From Callorhinchus milii (taxonomy: Eukaryota): 64,000 nt of DNA. Each line of letters starts with the position of its first letter. Position 1 is the stretch's first letter. The notes below the pieces were generated by a model. It was given only the letters and a program-made list of their open reading frames with translations, ran no database searches and was not told the origin of the DNA. Below, piece by piece: positions 15,942-29,662 of the stretch. The stretch spans positions 17,858,001-17,922,000 of the forward strand of contig NW_024704743.1 of assembly GCF_018977255.1 (NCBI RefSeq), written 5' to 3'. The position numbers were made by a program, and so were the translations under genes.

Positions 15942-16805
15942 TTAAACAAAGTTAGACTGCACGTAGCTAAACTTGTCAGAAAACAAAACCTGAAGTACCT
16001 TGTTTTGAAACAGAGGCTATTGTAACTGCTGCAGCATCCAATTGGATTCTCCTAGATAGACCTAACATGACTAATCGGATGTATACACAAAGTCTCTTTC
16101 ACATCTTCAAAAAATCCTCCTGTTGGAAAATTATTTGTATCCTTGTGTCAAGCATTGAGGAATTTACTTGGGAGAAGGGGCTAAGAAGCACACAATCATT
16201 AATAACAAGTCACATAATAATGATAATAATAATAGTAATAACAAATAATAATCCTTGCATTTGATATGATGCCTTATCACATCATTGAGATGTCTCAAAG
16301 CTCTTTGCAGAATATATTGTAACGTGGATTAACTGAGTATTTCGTGAAAATGAATTAAAGGGGAGGTTAAAAAAGTTTTTGCAGAGGATGGTGAGAATGT
16401 GGAATTCTCTGCACAGACCAGAAATGGAATCTGTTTGATTTTTATAGCTTAGTGTTACTCATTAGGCAACGGAGGGAGTGAACGTAATTTGAAGCAGATG
16501 CCGAATTTGACAAATTTTGCACAAAATTGCGGGGTGTTGATTAGTGCTATTGAAGTACATTTTACTGCCAACCTACATTTTTTCACTTTATTGATAAAAA
16601 CTAAACATAAGGAAATAACACATATTAGATTGTTGCAAAAAAATTCTTCTTCAACAAAAAATGGGTGACCCATTTGTGGGGAGTGGGGTGGGACACCAGA
16701 ACAGGCCCAAAGGGCCTGGAGGTCCGCCAAAAAATAAACACTCAGGACCAGTGTCCTGGCTGTGGGGCTACAAGAGCTATACACCTCCTGCCTCTCAGTG
16801 CCCAG

Positions 16806-17370
16806 CACCACACACACAGACAGAGAGACACACACATTAACAGACACACAGAGAGAGACACACACACTCAGACACAGAGACACACACACTCAGAGACACA
16901 GAAAGAGACACACATACACTCAGACACAGAAAGACATACACACACTCGTAGACACAGAGAGATACACAGAGACATAGAGAGGGAGACACACACACACACA
17001 CTCACAGATACACAGAGCAAGAGACACACACACACTTACAGACACACACATACACAGAGATACACATTCTCAGAAAGAGACACACCACACTCATAGACAC
17101 AAAGAGACATACACACACAGAGAGGAGAGAGACACAGAAACACTCATACATATAGAAGAGACACACTCACAAAGACATATATACAGAGGAGAGAGAGAGA
17201 CATACACAGAGACACACATTCTCAGAGAGAGAGACACACACTCAGACACAAAGAGACATACACACACGGACAGACATACGTAGACACTCACAAACACATA
17301 GAGAGAAAAAGCCACATAGACACACTCACACAGACACTCACAAACACATGCAGAGGAGAGAGACACAGAC
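16806..17370. repeat. Degenerate (CA)/(GA) compound microsatellite
   Basis: Directly visible cacacagagaca-type runs. Confidence 0.9.
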
Positions 17371-18386
17371 AATCCCAACAGTGTGGCCTCCGAGTGAAGC
17401 GAAGCCCATTTCCCGCTTGTGTCACACCGAACATGCATGTCTGGAGCCGCTCGGCCCACAGTTGCGTCGGATAAACAGCGCGAGAGGCCTGGAGAAACTT
17501 CACTTTTTAGTGGTTTCACAGTGGTGGACGGGGTGTTTGTAGCGGATTCCGCGAAAAAATTGCGGCTGCACTTTTCTATTGAACCAGCTCATGTGTCAGC
17601 CAGCAATAAACAAAAGATGGGCTGTCAACTCACTACATTGTCAACTTAAGACTCGACATTCTCAGAAGTCCTGTTTTATATGTAGAGTGTTCTGTTCAGG
17701 CTGTACTTAGCCACTACAACATAAATAGAAAGGGAAGTCAGACGGAACACTTTCTACATAAAAGGTAATGATTTGTGGAGTAAGACGTGGGGGAAAGCCA
17801 ACTAATGAGGCAAATAATACTAACAGTAAATGGAGGCATTGGCTCCTGAACAATCCAGTTCCACAGTCAACTGGATGCATTTCTGAAGAAGCACTTGAGG
17901 AGGAATACTGAAGCGGGTAGGAAAAGTGGGGTTGAAAATCATCAAAGCAGGAATGTTGGGCCTAATTGCCTTTTCCTAACCTAAAGTTTCTTAAATTCCT
18001 GAGATGCGAGAATAAAATAGGAACAGAAAGAAGTAGTATGGCTTCAGTCCTGGACTGGTGTAGCTAGAATGGGTTTAGTTAAATAATGCTGCTGGTTTTC
18101 ACTCCGCAGTGTTCAGGATGAAGGATGAAATTCAAGGTTATTGAACCAGTAGCTGAAAATTCAGGCTGCCTCAGTTGGTGGCATATTCAATTCTGCGTCC
18201 AAAAATTGTGAGTTCAAGCTGACATTGTGACTGAAGCTCATAACCCTAGTGCAGTGCTAAGGGAATGCTGCATAATTGGAGGTGCCATCTTTCAGATAAG
18301 ATATTAAACTGAAGTACTGTCTGCCAGTTTTAGTGGGTGATAAACATTCTATGTAACTGATAGAGATGAGATTCTTCTAGTACCTT

Positions 18387-18816
18387 AATAATAATCCTTG
18401 CATTTGACATAGCATATTACCACATTGTCGTGTCGTCTCAAAGCGCTTCACAGGATATACTGTAAAGCAGTTTGATTGTGTATTTTGTGGGTGAAACGCG
18501 GTAGCCAGCTGCATACAGGAATGCGCCATAAACAGCCATGGAGTGAGTGACCAATTTTATTTGGGGGATTTGTTGGCCAGGACACCAGGAGAAACTCCCT
18601 TTTCTTTTCCAATAGTGCCATGAGATATTAAACATCCCCCTGAACAGGCAAATTGGACTTCAGTTTAATGTCCACCCAAAGGACGGCACCTCCAACAATT
18701 CAGCACTGCGTTGGACTGTCAGCATAGATAATATGATTCCAAGTCCCTATGTAGGGCTTGAATCCAGACCCTTCTGACTCAGAGGTGAGAGTGCTACCAT
18801 TAAGCCAAACCGACAC
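18387..18816 (-). mobile_element. Older SINE with Deu-like central domain
   Basis: Contains ...catggcactatt...gggagtttctcctggtgtcctggccaac..., resembling the DeuSINE (AmnSINE1/SacSINE1-type) core. Related copies near 20431-20770(+), 54943-55225(-), 56285-56600(-), 58048-58495(+) and 61648-62719(-, split). Confidence 0.75.
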
Positions 18817-18997
18817 ACAAACTTCTTAAAATTCACCTCAAGACTGTTTGTGGACCTTGCCAATATAAATGGTTGCTGAGTTGTCTGCAATAATAGTCAT
18901 TAAACTTGACAGCAACATCTGTGATGTGCTTTATGATGTGATGAGGCACAATAAATATGTCAGTTCTTTACTTCTCTCAAAAGACTAAATTAGGGAG

Positions 18998-19345
18998 AAT
19001 AATAATCCTTGCATTTGATGTAGCACCTTATGACGTCTCAAAGAGCTTCACAGAATATACTGTAAAGTGAATTGACTGTATATTTTGTGGGCGAAATGTG
19101 GCAGCCAATTGCACACAGCAGTGTCCCACAAACAGTCGTAGATTGAGTGATCAATTTTGTTTTTAAGAAATTATTATCCCCGGAAAAGCGATCTAGCAAT
19201 CGACTAACAACCAGGTTCCTATATACTGCTAGGTAAACAGGGGTGTGTTGAGTAAGGCCACTTCTCCAACATTTTGCCCTGGTGGGAATCAAATCCAGGT
19301 CTCTCGCCTGCGAGGCGAAGGCTCTAACCACTGAGCTATATGACT
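18998..19345 (-). mobile_element. tRNA-headed SINE (long subfamily with gttagtcgatt segment)
   Basis: Head, extended body and tail present. Confidence 0.88.
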
Positions 19346-19832
19346 TTGCATGTTTGTCATTGCGGATAAAAAGATTCAGTTTAGTGAGCTGAAAAAGCTT
19401 TTCTTCCAGTTTGCCATTGTAATTTTCAAGACTTATGCCAGTTCAATAAAAAACTCAGTGAACAGCAGGATTTCAAGAATTCTTGTGTTTATTCTTGGTT
19501 ACCGTTGCTGTTTAAAGCAGGAAATTACCCTGTGGTTCAATGATATTAGTTAATATATCTCATAGAACAAAACATAGATTAACTATTGCCGCGCCAGTGA
19601 GTCAAATTTCCTAATTTAACTTGGTTCTAATGGTGTAAGAGAATTTGGGTAGGTGTTAACGATCCCATGGGAAAAAAGGAGACAGTTTTCCCCAACTCTC
19701 TTGGCCAGAAATCCTCCTGATGTCTGTTTGGCCGAGTTGGTAATACTCTTGAGGACCCTGAACTCAATCCAGCATTCCCCTAGCACTGTAATGAACTGCC
19801 GAGAACAGCTGTTCTTTGGATGAGATATTAAA

Positions 19833-20207
19833 ACAATAATATAATAATACTTGCATTTGATATAGCGCCTTATCATGTCTTTGAGACGTCTCAAAACACT
19901 TCACAGAATATACTGTTAAGTGAATTGACTGTATAATTTATGGTTGAAATACGGCAACCAATTGAACATAGTTGTGTCTCATAAACAGTCGTGGATTGAG
20001 TGACCAAATTATTATTATTTAGAGGGATTATTACCCCTAGAAAGCGATCTACCAATCGACTAACAACTGGGTTCCTACTTACTGCTAGGTAAACACAAAG
20101 GCGTGTGGAGTAAGGAAACTTGCCTTAGGTTTCGCCCTGCCCGGGAATCAAACCCAGGTTCTCACTTGCGAGGCGAGTGCTCTAACCACTATTTGCTATG
20201 GGACTTC
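19833..20207 (-). mobile_element. tRNA-headed SINE (long subfamily)
   Basis: Collinear with 18998-19345. Confidence 0.88.
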
Positions 20208-21134
20208 ACACATCTGAGCGGTGCATATGCACAATGTGAGAACAACTTCTACTTTATATCCCTGAATCTGTGATGTCTTGTCGCTGCCTTGTATTATCTG
20301 AGAGTATTGTTCCATGTTTAATTTTTTAAGTATATTTTATATCAGATTAATTATGAGAAATCTATATCCAAGGAATAAAAAATCTTATGTTACTGTATTT
20401 AGCCATTCCTCTTAGCTCTTCTCTTTTAATGTGTGCCAGCTTGGCTTAGTGGTAGCATTTCTTACGTCTGAATCAGAGGGGTGTGGGTTCAAATCCCATG
20501 TCGGGACTTGAACACACATAGTCAAAGATGACACTTCAATGCAGTGCTGGGGGAGTATTGCATTGTTGGAGATGTCGTACTTTGGATAGATGTTAAACTG
20601 AGGTCCAGTCTGCCTGTTCAGATAGGTGTTAAAGATCTCATGGCACTATTCAAAAAGAGAAGGGAGTTCTCCTAGTGTCCTGGACAACAATCCCACAAAT
20701 AAAACAGGTCTTCTGTTTGTGGGACATTGCAGTGTGCAATTGTGCTACTGCATTTGCCTACAGATACAGACTTTCAATTTCACAAGTCTAAACTCAATTG
20801 ATTTTGTAATGGAGCCCAGAATCTCGCTTCTTTGTTTATTGGTGCCTCACAAGATTGCAGGTAGACTCTAGTTGATGATTCTGATAAAGTGTTCCCAATC
20901 TGTTGAGATCTCCTGCGGGCATAACGTCAATAACCTATTTTCAGTCCAATACACTTTGAAATCATGCACAAAGGATTGTGTAGGAGCTGGATGAAGCATG
21001 TTTCTTTTCTAATTGTCTCTCTGTTTGAGAATTTTTTTCTTTCCACTTTACACATCCTCATTATAGTAAAGGCAAAGATTAAGAATTTCTTAGGGGAGAA
21101 AATACTACATATGGCTAGTACCTTTTTGTACAAT

Positions 21135-21870
21135 CTAATACAAATTGCATTTGTAAAGCGCCTTTCACGTCGGGAGGACTTTGCATTTGTAAAGTCAGGG
21201 ACTTGGACTGAGCTGGGGGTTGGGATTGGGGAAGGTGGAAGGCAGGGAGAGTCGGAGGGTGGCCAAAGGTTCGGTCGATGAGGAGGGTATTGAGACGCGC
21301 CTTGAACGAGGCAAGGGAGGGAGCGAGGTGAAGGGAATGTGGGATGGAGTTCCATAGGGTGGGGCACAGAGGCTGAAGACCCAACTGTCGATGGTGGGGC
21401 GGATTATGCAAGGACATGGAGGAGGCCACAGCCTGCTGAGCGTGGACAGTGGGCAGTGGACAGGTTGATATGGAGGCCTTGAAGTTGAGGATTTTGAACT
21501 CTATCCTCTGGGGGTTGGTGAGTCAGTGGAGCTGGGCGAAGGTGGGGTTGATGGGGTCACGGAGCCTGGTGGGGGAGAGGACGCAAGCTGCAGAGTTCTG
21601 GATGATCTGCAGCTTGTGGAGGGAACAGTTGGGAAGGCTGACAAGCATGGTGTTGGCGTAATGAAGCCTAGATGTGATGAATACGTGTATGAGGGTTTCG
21701 GTGGCCTCCGGTGTGAGACAGGTGTCGGAGCCGGGCGATGTTGCGGAGGTGGGGGAAGGCAGAGCAGGTCATGGCATGGATGTGGGGTAGAAAGGACAGT
21801 TGAGGGTCAAACAAGACGCCAAGATTCCCGACTGGCTCAGTGAGGTGGAGCCACTCTGTGGCACCATTTA
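21135..21870 (-). mobile_element. L2 LINE 3' fragment
   Basis: Same 3' tail; PVGNLGVLFDPQLSF remnant. Confidence 0.85.
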
Positions 21871-22409
21871 ATATAATAATAATAATCCTTGCATTTGATA
21901 TAGCGCTTTTCACATCTTCTAGACGTCTCAAAGAGCTTCACAGAATATACAGAATATTTCTCTAACCCACTATTATCAAACCATTCTGTGCATCCTTCTA
22001 CTATTGAAACAGATGCCAATGTAAAGTAGTGAATACCAGGTTAAACAATCTCAATTTTCCCTGTCAGGAAATCAAGATTTGTGTTTGGGATTCAAACACA
22101 ATGCTCTGCCTGAAACATTGCTTGAATTGGTTATCAGACATATTTTGTTGAGTGCTGTCAGGTGATTAAAGGAGCTTGGTATTGCTGCATTTAAACAGAT
22201 ATATTCAGTTGGTGTGAACGAGCTAGGTAGATAAAGCCATAGGTAACTGAAAAAGCATCTTTTTTCTCTTCTTTCTACTTGCTTCCCAATCTCGCAAGAT
22301 AATAACAATAATAATCCTTGCATTTGATGTAGTCCCTTATCGCATTGTTGAGATGTCTCAAAGTGTTTCACAGAATATACTGTAATTCTGAATTCCGAAT
22401 ATATTATAT

Positions 22410-22770
22410 TCAGTAGTTAGACCACTCGCCTCACAGGCGAGAGATCTGGATTTGATTCCCAGCAGGGTGAAATATTGGGCAAATTTCCTTATTCCACACG
22501 CCTCTGTTAACCTAGCGTTAAATAGGATCCCGGTTGTTAGTCGATTCGCGGATCGCTTTTCCGGGGGTAATAATTCCTTCAAAAAACAATTATAAATTGG
22601 CCACTCAATCCATGACTGTTTGTGGGACACTGCTGTGTGCAATTGGCTGCCACATTTCGCTCAGAAAATATAATCAATTCACTTAACAGTATATTCTGTG
22701 AAGGAATTTGAGACATCTCGAAGACATGATAAAGCGCTATATCAATTGCAAGGATTATTATTATTATTAT
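22410..22770 (+). mobile_element. tRNA-headed SINE (long subfamily)
   Basis: Same family in plus orientation. Confidence 0.85.
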
Positions 22771-22897
22771 CTATTAAGAACTACTCCATTTCAAATCTAA
22801 CCAGCAGGCAGTTATTAAACTATGCTTGAAACATGATCATACCTACACTGGAATCTCAAGTAGAAGAATCAACCTGCTTAGTCCTCAAGTATGGGGA

Positions 22898-23217
22898 TAA
22901 TGATAATAATAATAATCCTTGCATTTGATATAGCGCTTTTCACAGCTTCTAGACATCCCAAAGCGCTTCACAGAATATACTGTAAAGTGAATTGACTGTA
23001 TATTTGTGGGCGAACGCGGCAGCCAATTGCGCACAGCAGTGTCCCACAAACAGTCGTAGATTGAAAATGACCAATTTATTATTGTTTTTGGTTTTGGGGG
23101 GAATATTATGAGGCTCTGTGTGGAGTAAGGAAACTTGCCCAAGGTTTCGCCCTCTGCCTGGAATTGAACTCAGGTCTCTCACTTGCAAAGCGTGTGCTCT
23201 AACCACTGAGCTACATT
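22898..23217 (-). mobile_element. tRNA-headed SINE (short subfamily)
   Basis: Collinear with 30056-30380. Confidence 0.9.
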
Positions 23218-23331
23218 TCAATCCATCACTTTTTTTCTTTAATATGAAATTTCAGTACCTGACAACTTCTTGTTCTTTCTTTATGGTAGGGTTACTAGAA
23301 GCTATCACAAACAGCTTCTTTGGCGATAAGA

Positions 23332-23685
23332 GTAATAATAATTTTCCTTGCACTTGATATAGCGCCTTATCACATCTTCGAGATGTCTCAAAGAGCTTCA
23401 CAGAATATATTGTAAAGTGAATTGACTGTTAATTTTGTGGGTGAAACGCGGCAGCCAATTGCGCACAGCAGTGTCGCACAAACAGATTGAGTGACCAAAT
23501 TATTTTTATTTATTTTGAAGGAATTATTATCCCCGGAAAAGCAATCCACCAAACGACTGACAAACAGGTTCCTACTTATGTGCTAGGTAAACAGAGGTGT
23601 GCGGAGTAAGGAAACGTGCCCAACGTTTTGCCCTGCTGGGAATCTTGCAAGGTGAGCGCTCTAACCACTAAGCTACAGGACTCCA
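23332..23685 (-). mobile_element. tRNA-headed SINE (long subfamily)
   Basis: Same family; head partly deleted. Confidence 0.85.
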
Positions 23686-24470
23686 CAAATGTTCCAGTGC
23701 CAAGAATCAAAAGTCCTTACCAGGAGTATTTGTTAAAAGACGACCTGTTAAGAGGTGATAGAATTCTCTCTATTAACCTTATTGGAGTACAAAATGAATA
23801 GGTACTGGCGGGGAAAAAAATAATAGTCAAACAAAAACATCAAGTGGAATTTACTAAAACATTCACCTGTCACCACTACTTTAACAGGCGATTCTTATGA
23901 TTCTTAAAATGTTAGATTCAACGTTGAAGCTGAACACGTTGAACCATTAAAATGAGTCACGATACCACCTCCTTAATCGCCACCAGCAGTGACCGATGTT
24001 ATGCTGACCAGTGTCATTTCACAATGTTGAAGTCATTATAGCGAGTGCAACAATTTGCATTTCTATAGGATTTATAAACTCTTCACATAAGCGCTCTGGA
24101 TGGAAGCCGAAGATAATAATAATAATAATAATAATAATCCTTGCATTTGATATAGCGCTTTTCACGTCGGGAGGACGTCCCAAAGCGCTTCACGGATGAC
24201 AGAAAGCGGGCTCAAAGAGGTACATCTCCAGGCAAATTCATCCATGAGCTCGAAAAGAATCGCCGGACTTAAGTTTTGTAAGTTCCAAACAGAAAAGGGA
24301 AACAGTCACTCCTCATATTATTAAAAAAGGCAGAACAGTTCACTCCAATGCAAACTGTCATTGCATCACAGTCTAATGTAAACACAGGAACACGAGTTGA
24401 CAAAACATTGCAATGAAGGCATTCCCTCGTTTGCTTGTTTGTTTGTTTTGTAAAAAAAAAGAAATGTTAC

Positions 24471-24557
24471 CATAAAGTTATTCCTCGCACTTATGGACAA
24501 TTCCAGTGGATAAACTTCATCGGAGTTGGCGGTGGGGCGGTGGGTTTCATCATCCAT
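24471..24557 (-). CDS. STEAP1: STEAP1 probable first coding exon (MDDETHRPTANSDEVYPLELSISARNNFM)
   Basis: ATG at 24557, 87 nt to a phase-0 gtaaca donor, with upstream AG acceptors at 24590-24591 and 24601-24602. Joins the next exon in frame to give 339 aa. The peptide itself is poorly conserved, so the assignment rests on structure. Confidence 0.7.
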
Positions 24558-24826
24558 TGGGGTGGGTGGGGGTGTGGGTCACACTCTCTCTGTAAAGCAC
24601 CTACAGTCACAAGCAAAGACAGTATTATGCACAGATTCTGACACACATTCGAAGCTCCTAATAAACTTGACGGTCACGACCGTGCTCTCCCCCCGAAAAA
24701 CAAATATAAAACGGTATAAATAATAATAATAATAATAATAATAATTAAAAAGTTTGCAACTCTTCCCTCCCCACAGTCCAATGCACAATGAATGTGGACT
24801 TTTTTCCTGCCCCTTACAAACCCCAC

Positions 24827-25810
24827 AGTGTGAGTGATTGTGTGTGTGAGTGTGTGTGTGTATGAGTGAGTGTGTGTGTGAGTGTGTGTGAATGAGTGAG
24901 TGTGTGTGAATGAGTGAGTGTGTGTGAATGTGTGTGTGTGTGAATGAGTGTGTGTGAACAAGTGAGTGTGTGTGTGAATGAGTGTGTGAGTGTGTGTGAA
25001 TGAGTGTGTGTGTGAATGAGTGAGTGTGTGTGAATGAGTGAGTGTGTGAGTGTGAATGAGTGAGTGTGTGTGCGAATGAGTGTGAATGAGTGAGTGTGAG
25101 TGTGAATGAGTGAGTGTGTGTGAGTGTGAATGAGTGAGTGTGTGTGAATGAGTGTGTGTGTGAGAGTGAGTGTGTGTGAATGAGTGAATGAGTGTGAATG
25201 AGTGTGTGTGAGAGTGAGTGTGTGAGTTTGTGTGTGTGTGAATGAGTGAGTGTGTGTGAATGAGTGTGAGTGTTAATGAGTGAGTGTGTGTGTGAATGAG
25301 TGTGAATGAGTGTGTGTGAGAGTGAGTGTGTGAGTTTGTGTGTGTGTGAATGAGTGAGTGTGTGTGAATGAATGAGTGTGTGTGAATGAGTGAGTGTGTG
25401 TGAATGAGTGAGTGTGTGTGAGTGTGAATGAGTGAGTGTGTGTGAATGAGTGTGTGTGAATGAATGAGTGTTTGTGAATGAGTGAGTGTGTGTGTGAATG
25501 AGTGTGTGTGTGAATGAGTGTGTGTGAGTGAGTTTGTGTGTGTGTGAATGATTGTGTGTGAGTGAGTGTGTTTGTGTGTGTGTGTGAATGAGTGAGTGTG
25601 AATGAGTGAGTGCGTGTGTGAGAGTGAGTGTGTGTTTGTGTGTGTGTGTGAATGAGTGAGTGTGAATGAGTGAGTGCGTGTGTGAGAGTGAGTGTGTGAG
25701 TTTGTGTGTGTGAGTGAATGAATGAGTGTATGAGTGAGTGAGTGAATGACTGTGTGTGTGTGAGAGTGAGAGTGTGTGAGGGACTGAGTGTGAGTGTGAG
25801 TGAGTGTGAG
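24827..25810. repeat. Compound TG-rich simple repeat (tgtgaatgag/tgtgag variants)
   Basis: Directly visible; source of the His/Thr-rich pseudo-ORFs. Confidence 0.97.
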
Positions 25811-25933
25811 CAGTCCCAGCCCCTGGGTTCCCCCTGACCGGCTGCTCCGGGGCTGACACACAGGTCTGAAATGTGAGTCAGACCCACGTTGGCAACGATT
25901 CGCGCAGAATAACTCCAACAAGAGATCAGCGAA

Positions 25934-28297
25934 TGTGTGTCTGTGTGAGTGTGTGTCTGTGTGTCTGTGTGAGTGTCTGTCTGTGTAAGTCTGTGTCTGT
26001 GTGAGTGTGTGTCTGTGTGAGTGTGTGTCTGTGTGTGTGTGTGTCTGTGTGTCTGTGTGTGTGTGTCTGTGTGAGTGTGTGTCTGTGTGTGTGTGTGTGA
26101 GTGTGTGTCTGTGTGAGTGTCTGTGTGTGTGTGTGTGAGTGTGTGTCTGTGTGTGTGTGTGTGTGTGTGAGTGTGTGTGTGTGTGAGTGTGTGTCTGTGT
26201 GTGTGTGTGTGTGTGGTGTGTGTCTGTGTGAGTGTGTGTCTGTGTGAGTGTGTGTCTGTGTGAGTGTGTGTCTGTGTGAGTGTGTGTCTGTGTGAGTGTG
26301 TGTCTGTGTGAGTGTGTGTCTGTGTGAGTGTGTGTCTGTGTGAGTGTGTGTCTGTGTGAGTGTGTGTCTGTGTGAGTGTGTGCTGTGTGAGTGTGTGTCT
26401 GTGAGTGTGTGCTGTGCGTCTGAGTGTGTGCTGTGAGTGTGTGGTGTGTGTCTGTGTGAGTGGTGTGTCTGTGTGAGTGTGTGTCTGTGTGTGAGTGTGT
26501 GTCTGTGTGAGTGTGTGTCTGTGTGTGTGAGTGTGTGTCTGTGTGAGTGTGTGTCTGTGTGTCTGTGTGAGTGTGTGTCTGTGTGAGTGTGTGTCTGTGT
26601 GTGTGAGTGTGTGTCTGTGTGAGTGTGTGTCTGTGTGTGTGAGTGTGTGTCTGTGTGAGTGTGTGTCTGTGGTGTGGTCTCTGTGAGTGTGTGTCTGTGT
26701 GAGTGTGTGTCTGTGTGAGTGTGTGTCTGTGTGAGTGTGTGTCTGTGTGTGTGTGTCTGTGTGAGTGTGTGTCTGTGTGAGTGTGTGACTGTGTGTGTGT
26801 CTGTGTGAGTGATGTGTGTCTGTGTGAGTGATGTGTGTGTCTGTGTGAGTGTGTGTCTGTGTGTGTGAGTGTGTGTCTGTGTGAGTGTGTGTGTGTGTGA
26901 GTGTGTCTCTGTGAGTGTGTGTCTGTGTGAGTGTGTGTCTCTGTGAGTGTGTGTCTGTGTGAGTGTGTGTCTGTGTGAGTGTGTGACTGTGTGTCTGTGT
27001 GAGTCTGTGTGAGTGTGTCTGTGTGAGTGTGTGTCTGTGTGAGTGTGTGTCTGTGTGAGTGTGTGTCTCTGTGAGTGGTGTGTCTGTGTGAGTGTGTCTG
27101 TGTGAGTGTGTGACTGTGTGGTCTGTGTGAGTGTGTGTCTGTGTGAGTGTGTGACTGTGTGTCTGTGTGAGTGTGTGTCTGTGTGAGTGTGTGTCTGTGT
27201 GAGTGTGTGTCTGTGTGAGTGTGTGTGTCTGTGTGAGTGTGTGTCTGTGTGTCTGTGTGAGTGTGTGTGTCTGTTGTGTGAGTGTGTGTCTGTGTGTGTG
27301 TGTGTCTGTGTGAGTGTGTGTCTGTGTGAGTGTGTGTCTCTGTGTGTGAGTGTGTGTGTGTGTGTCTGTGTGTGTCTGTGTGAGTGTGTCTGTGTGTGTG
27401 TGTGTGTGTCTGTGTGTGAGTGTGTGTCTGTGTGTGAGTGTGTGTCTGTGTGAGTGTGTGTGAGTGTGAGTGTGTGTGAGTGTGTGTGAGTGAGTGTCTG
27501 TGTGTGTGTCTGTGTGTGTGAGTGTGTGAGTGTCTGTGTGTGTGAGTGTGTGTCTGTGTGAGTGTGTGAGTGTGTGTGTGAGTGTGTGTGAGTGTCTGTG
27601 TGTGAGTGTGTATGTGTCTATGTGTGAGTGTGTGTGAGTGTCTGTGTGTGTGAGTGTGTGTGTGTCTGTGTGTGTCTGTGTGAGTGTGTGTGTCTGTGTG
27701 AGTGTGTGTCAGTGTGAGTGAGTGTGTGTGAGTGTGTGTGAGTGTCTGTGTGTGAGTGTGTATGTGTCTATGTCTATATGTGAGTGTGTGTGAGTGTCTG
27801 TGTGTGAGTGTGTGTGTGTGTGTGTCTGTGTGAGTGTGTGTGTCTGTGTGAGTGTGTGTCAGTGTGAGTGAGTGTGTGTGAGTGTGTGTGAGTGTCTGTG
27901 TGTGTGTGAGTGTGTGTGTGTGTGTGAGTGTGTGTCTGTGTCTGTGTGTGAGTGTGTGTGTGAGTGTGTGTGAGTGTCTGTGTGAGTGTGTGTGTGTCTG
28001 TGTGTGAGTGTCTGTGTGAGTGTGTGTGTGTCTGTGTGTGTGTGTCAGTGTGTGTGAGTGTGTGTGTGTGTGTGTGTGTCTGTGTGTGTCAGTGTGTGAG
28101 TGTGTGTCTGTGTGAGTGTGTGTGTCTGTGTGAGTGTGTGTGAGTGTCTGTGTGTGTGTCTATGTGTGAGTGTGTGTGAGTGTCTGTGTGAGTGTGTGTG
28201 TGTCTGTGTGTTAGTCTGTGTGAGTGTGTGTGTCTGTGTAGTGTGTGTCAGTGTGTGTGAGTGTGTGAGTGTGTGTCAGTGTGAGTGAGTGTGTGTG
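25934..28297. repeat. Compound TG-rich simple repeat (tgtgtc/tgtgag variants), about 2.4 kb
   Basis: Directly visible. Confidence 0.97.
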
Positions 28298-28335
28298 CAC
28301 ACTGTGTAAAGTTGCTCAGAGTCAGTGAATGTCAC

Positions 28336-28422
28336 CTCTGAGCAGAGCTCCTGTCACAGCCACAGCCACAGCAGCAATCAATGAGCAATCAGCCGCCCTG
28401 CGCTTCCCAGTCTGTCTGCCCG
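28336..28422 (-). other. STEAP1: Candidate non-coding first exon of STEAP1
   Basis: Short unique GC-rich stretch directly downstream (minus sense) of the GC-box minisatellite, ending at GAG|GTGACA (GT at 28334-28335). TSS not determinable. Confidence 0.4.
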
Positions 28423-28423
28423 C

Positions 28424-29662
28424 CCCCCGCCTGTCAATCACACCGTCCACAGCCCCGCCCCCCGCCTGTCAATCACACCGCCCACAGCCCCGCCCCCCGC
28501 CTGTCAATCACACCGTCCACAGCCCCGCCCCCCGCCTGTCAATCACACCGTCCACAGCCCCGCCCCCCGCCTGTCAATCACACCGTCCACAGCCCCGCCC
28601 CCGCCTGTCAATCACACCGTCCACAGCCCCGCCCCCGCCTGTCAATCACACCGTCCACAGCCCCGCCCCCCGCCTGTCAATCACACCGTCCACAGCCCCG
28701 CCCCCGCCTGTCAATCACACCGCCACAGCCCCGCCCCCGCCTGTCAATCACACCGTCCACAGCCCCGCCCCCGCCTGTCAATCACACCGTCCACAGCCCG
28801 CCCCCCGCCTGTCAATCACACCGTCCACAGCCCCGCCCCCGCCTGTCAATCACACCGTCCACAGCCCCGCCCCCCGCCTGTCAATCACACCGTCCACAGC
28901 CCCGCCCCCGCCTGTCAATCACACCGTCCACAGCCCCGCCCCCGCCTGTCAATCACACCGTCCACAGCCCCGCCCCCCGCCTGTCAATCACACCGTCCAC
29001 AGCCCCGCCCCCGCCTGTCAATCACACCGTCCACAGCCCCGCCCCCCGCCTGTCAATCACACCGTCCACAGCCCCGCCCCGCCTGTCAATCACACCGTCC
29101 TCAGCCACGCCCCCGCCTGTCAATCACACCGTCCACAGCCCCGCCCCCGCCTGTCAATCACACCGCCCACAGCCCGCCCCCCGCCTGTCAATCACACCGT
29201 CCACAGCCCCGCCCCCCGCCTGTCAATCACACCGTCCACAACCCCGCCCCCGCCTGTCAATCACACCGTCCACAGCCCCGGCCCCCGCCTGTCAATCACA
29301 CCGTCCACAGTCCCGCCCCCCGCTTGTCAATCACACCGTCCACAGCCCCGCCCCCCGCCTGTCAATCACACCGTCCACAGCCCCGCCCTCGCCTGTCAAT
29401 CACACCGTCCACAGCCCCGCCCCCCGCCTGTCAATCACACCGTCCACAGCCCCGCCTCCGCCTGTCAATCACACCGTCCACAGTCCCGCCCCCCGCCTGT
29501 CAATCACACCGTCCACAGCCCTGCCCTCCGCCTGTCAATCACACCGTCCACAGCCCCGCCCCCTCGCCTGTCAATCACACCGTCCACAGCCCCGCCCCCG
29601 CCTGTCAATCACACCGTCCACAGTCCCGCCCCCGCCTGTCAATCACACCGTCCACAGCCCCA
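28424..29662. repeat. GC-rich minisatellite, 34-35 bp unit (cgcctgtcaatcacaccgtccacagccccgcccc[c]), about 35-36 copies
   Basis: Directly visible tandem array. The minus strand of each unit reads GGGGCGGGG...TGATTGACAG. Confidence 0.97.

Noticed and set aside
24579..25921. Long His/Thr/Ser-rich ORFs (426, 415 and 204 aa)
   Set aside because: Translations of a TG/CA simple repeat that happens to lack stops; open in several frames with no gene structure.
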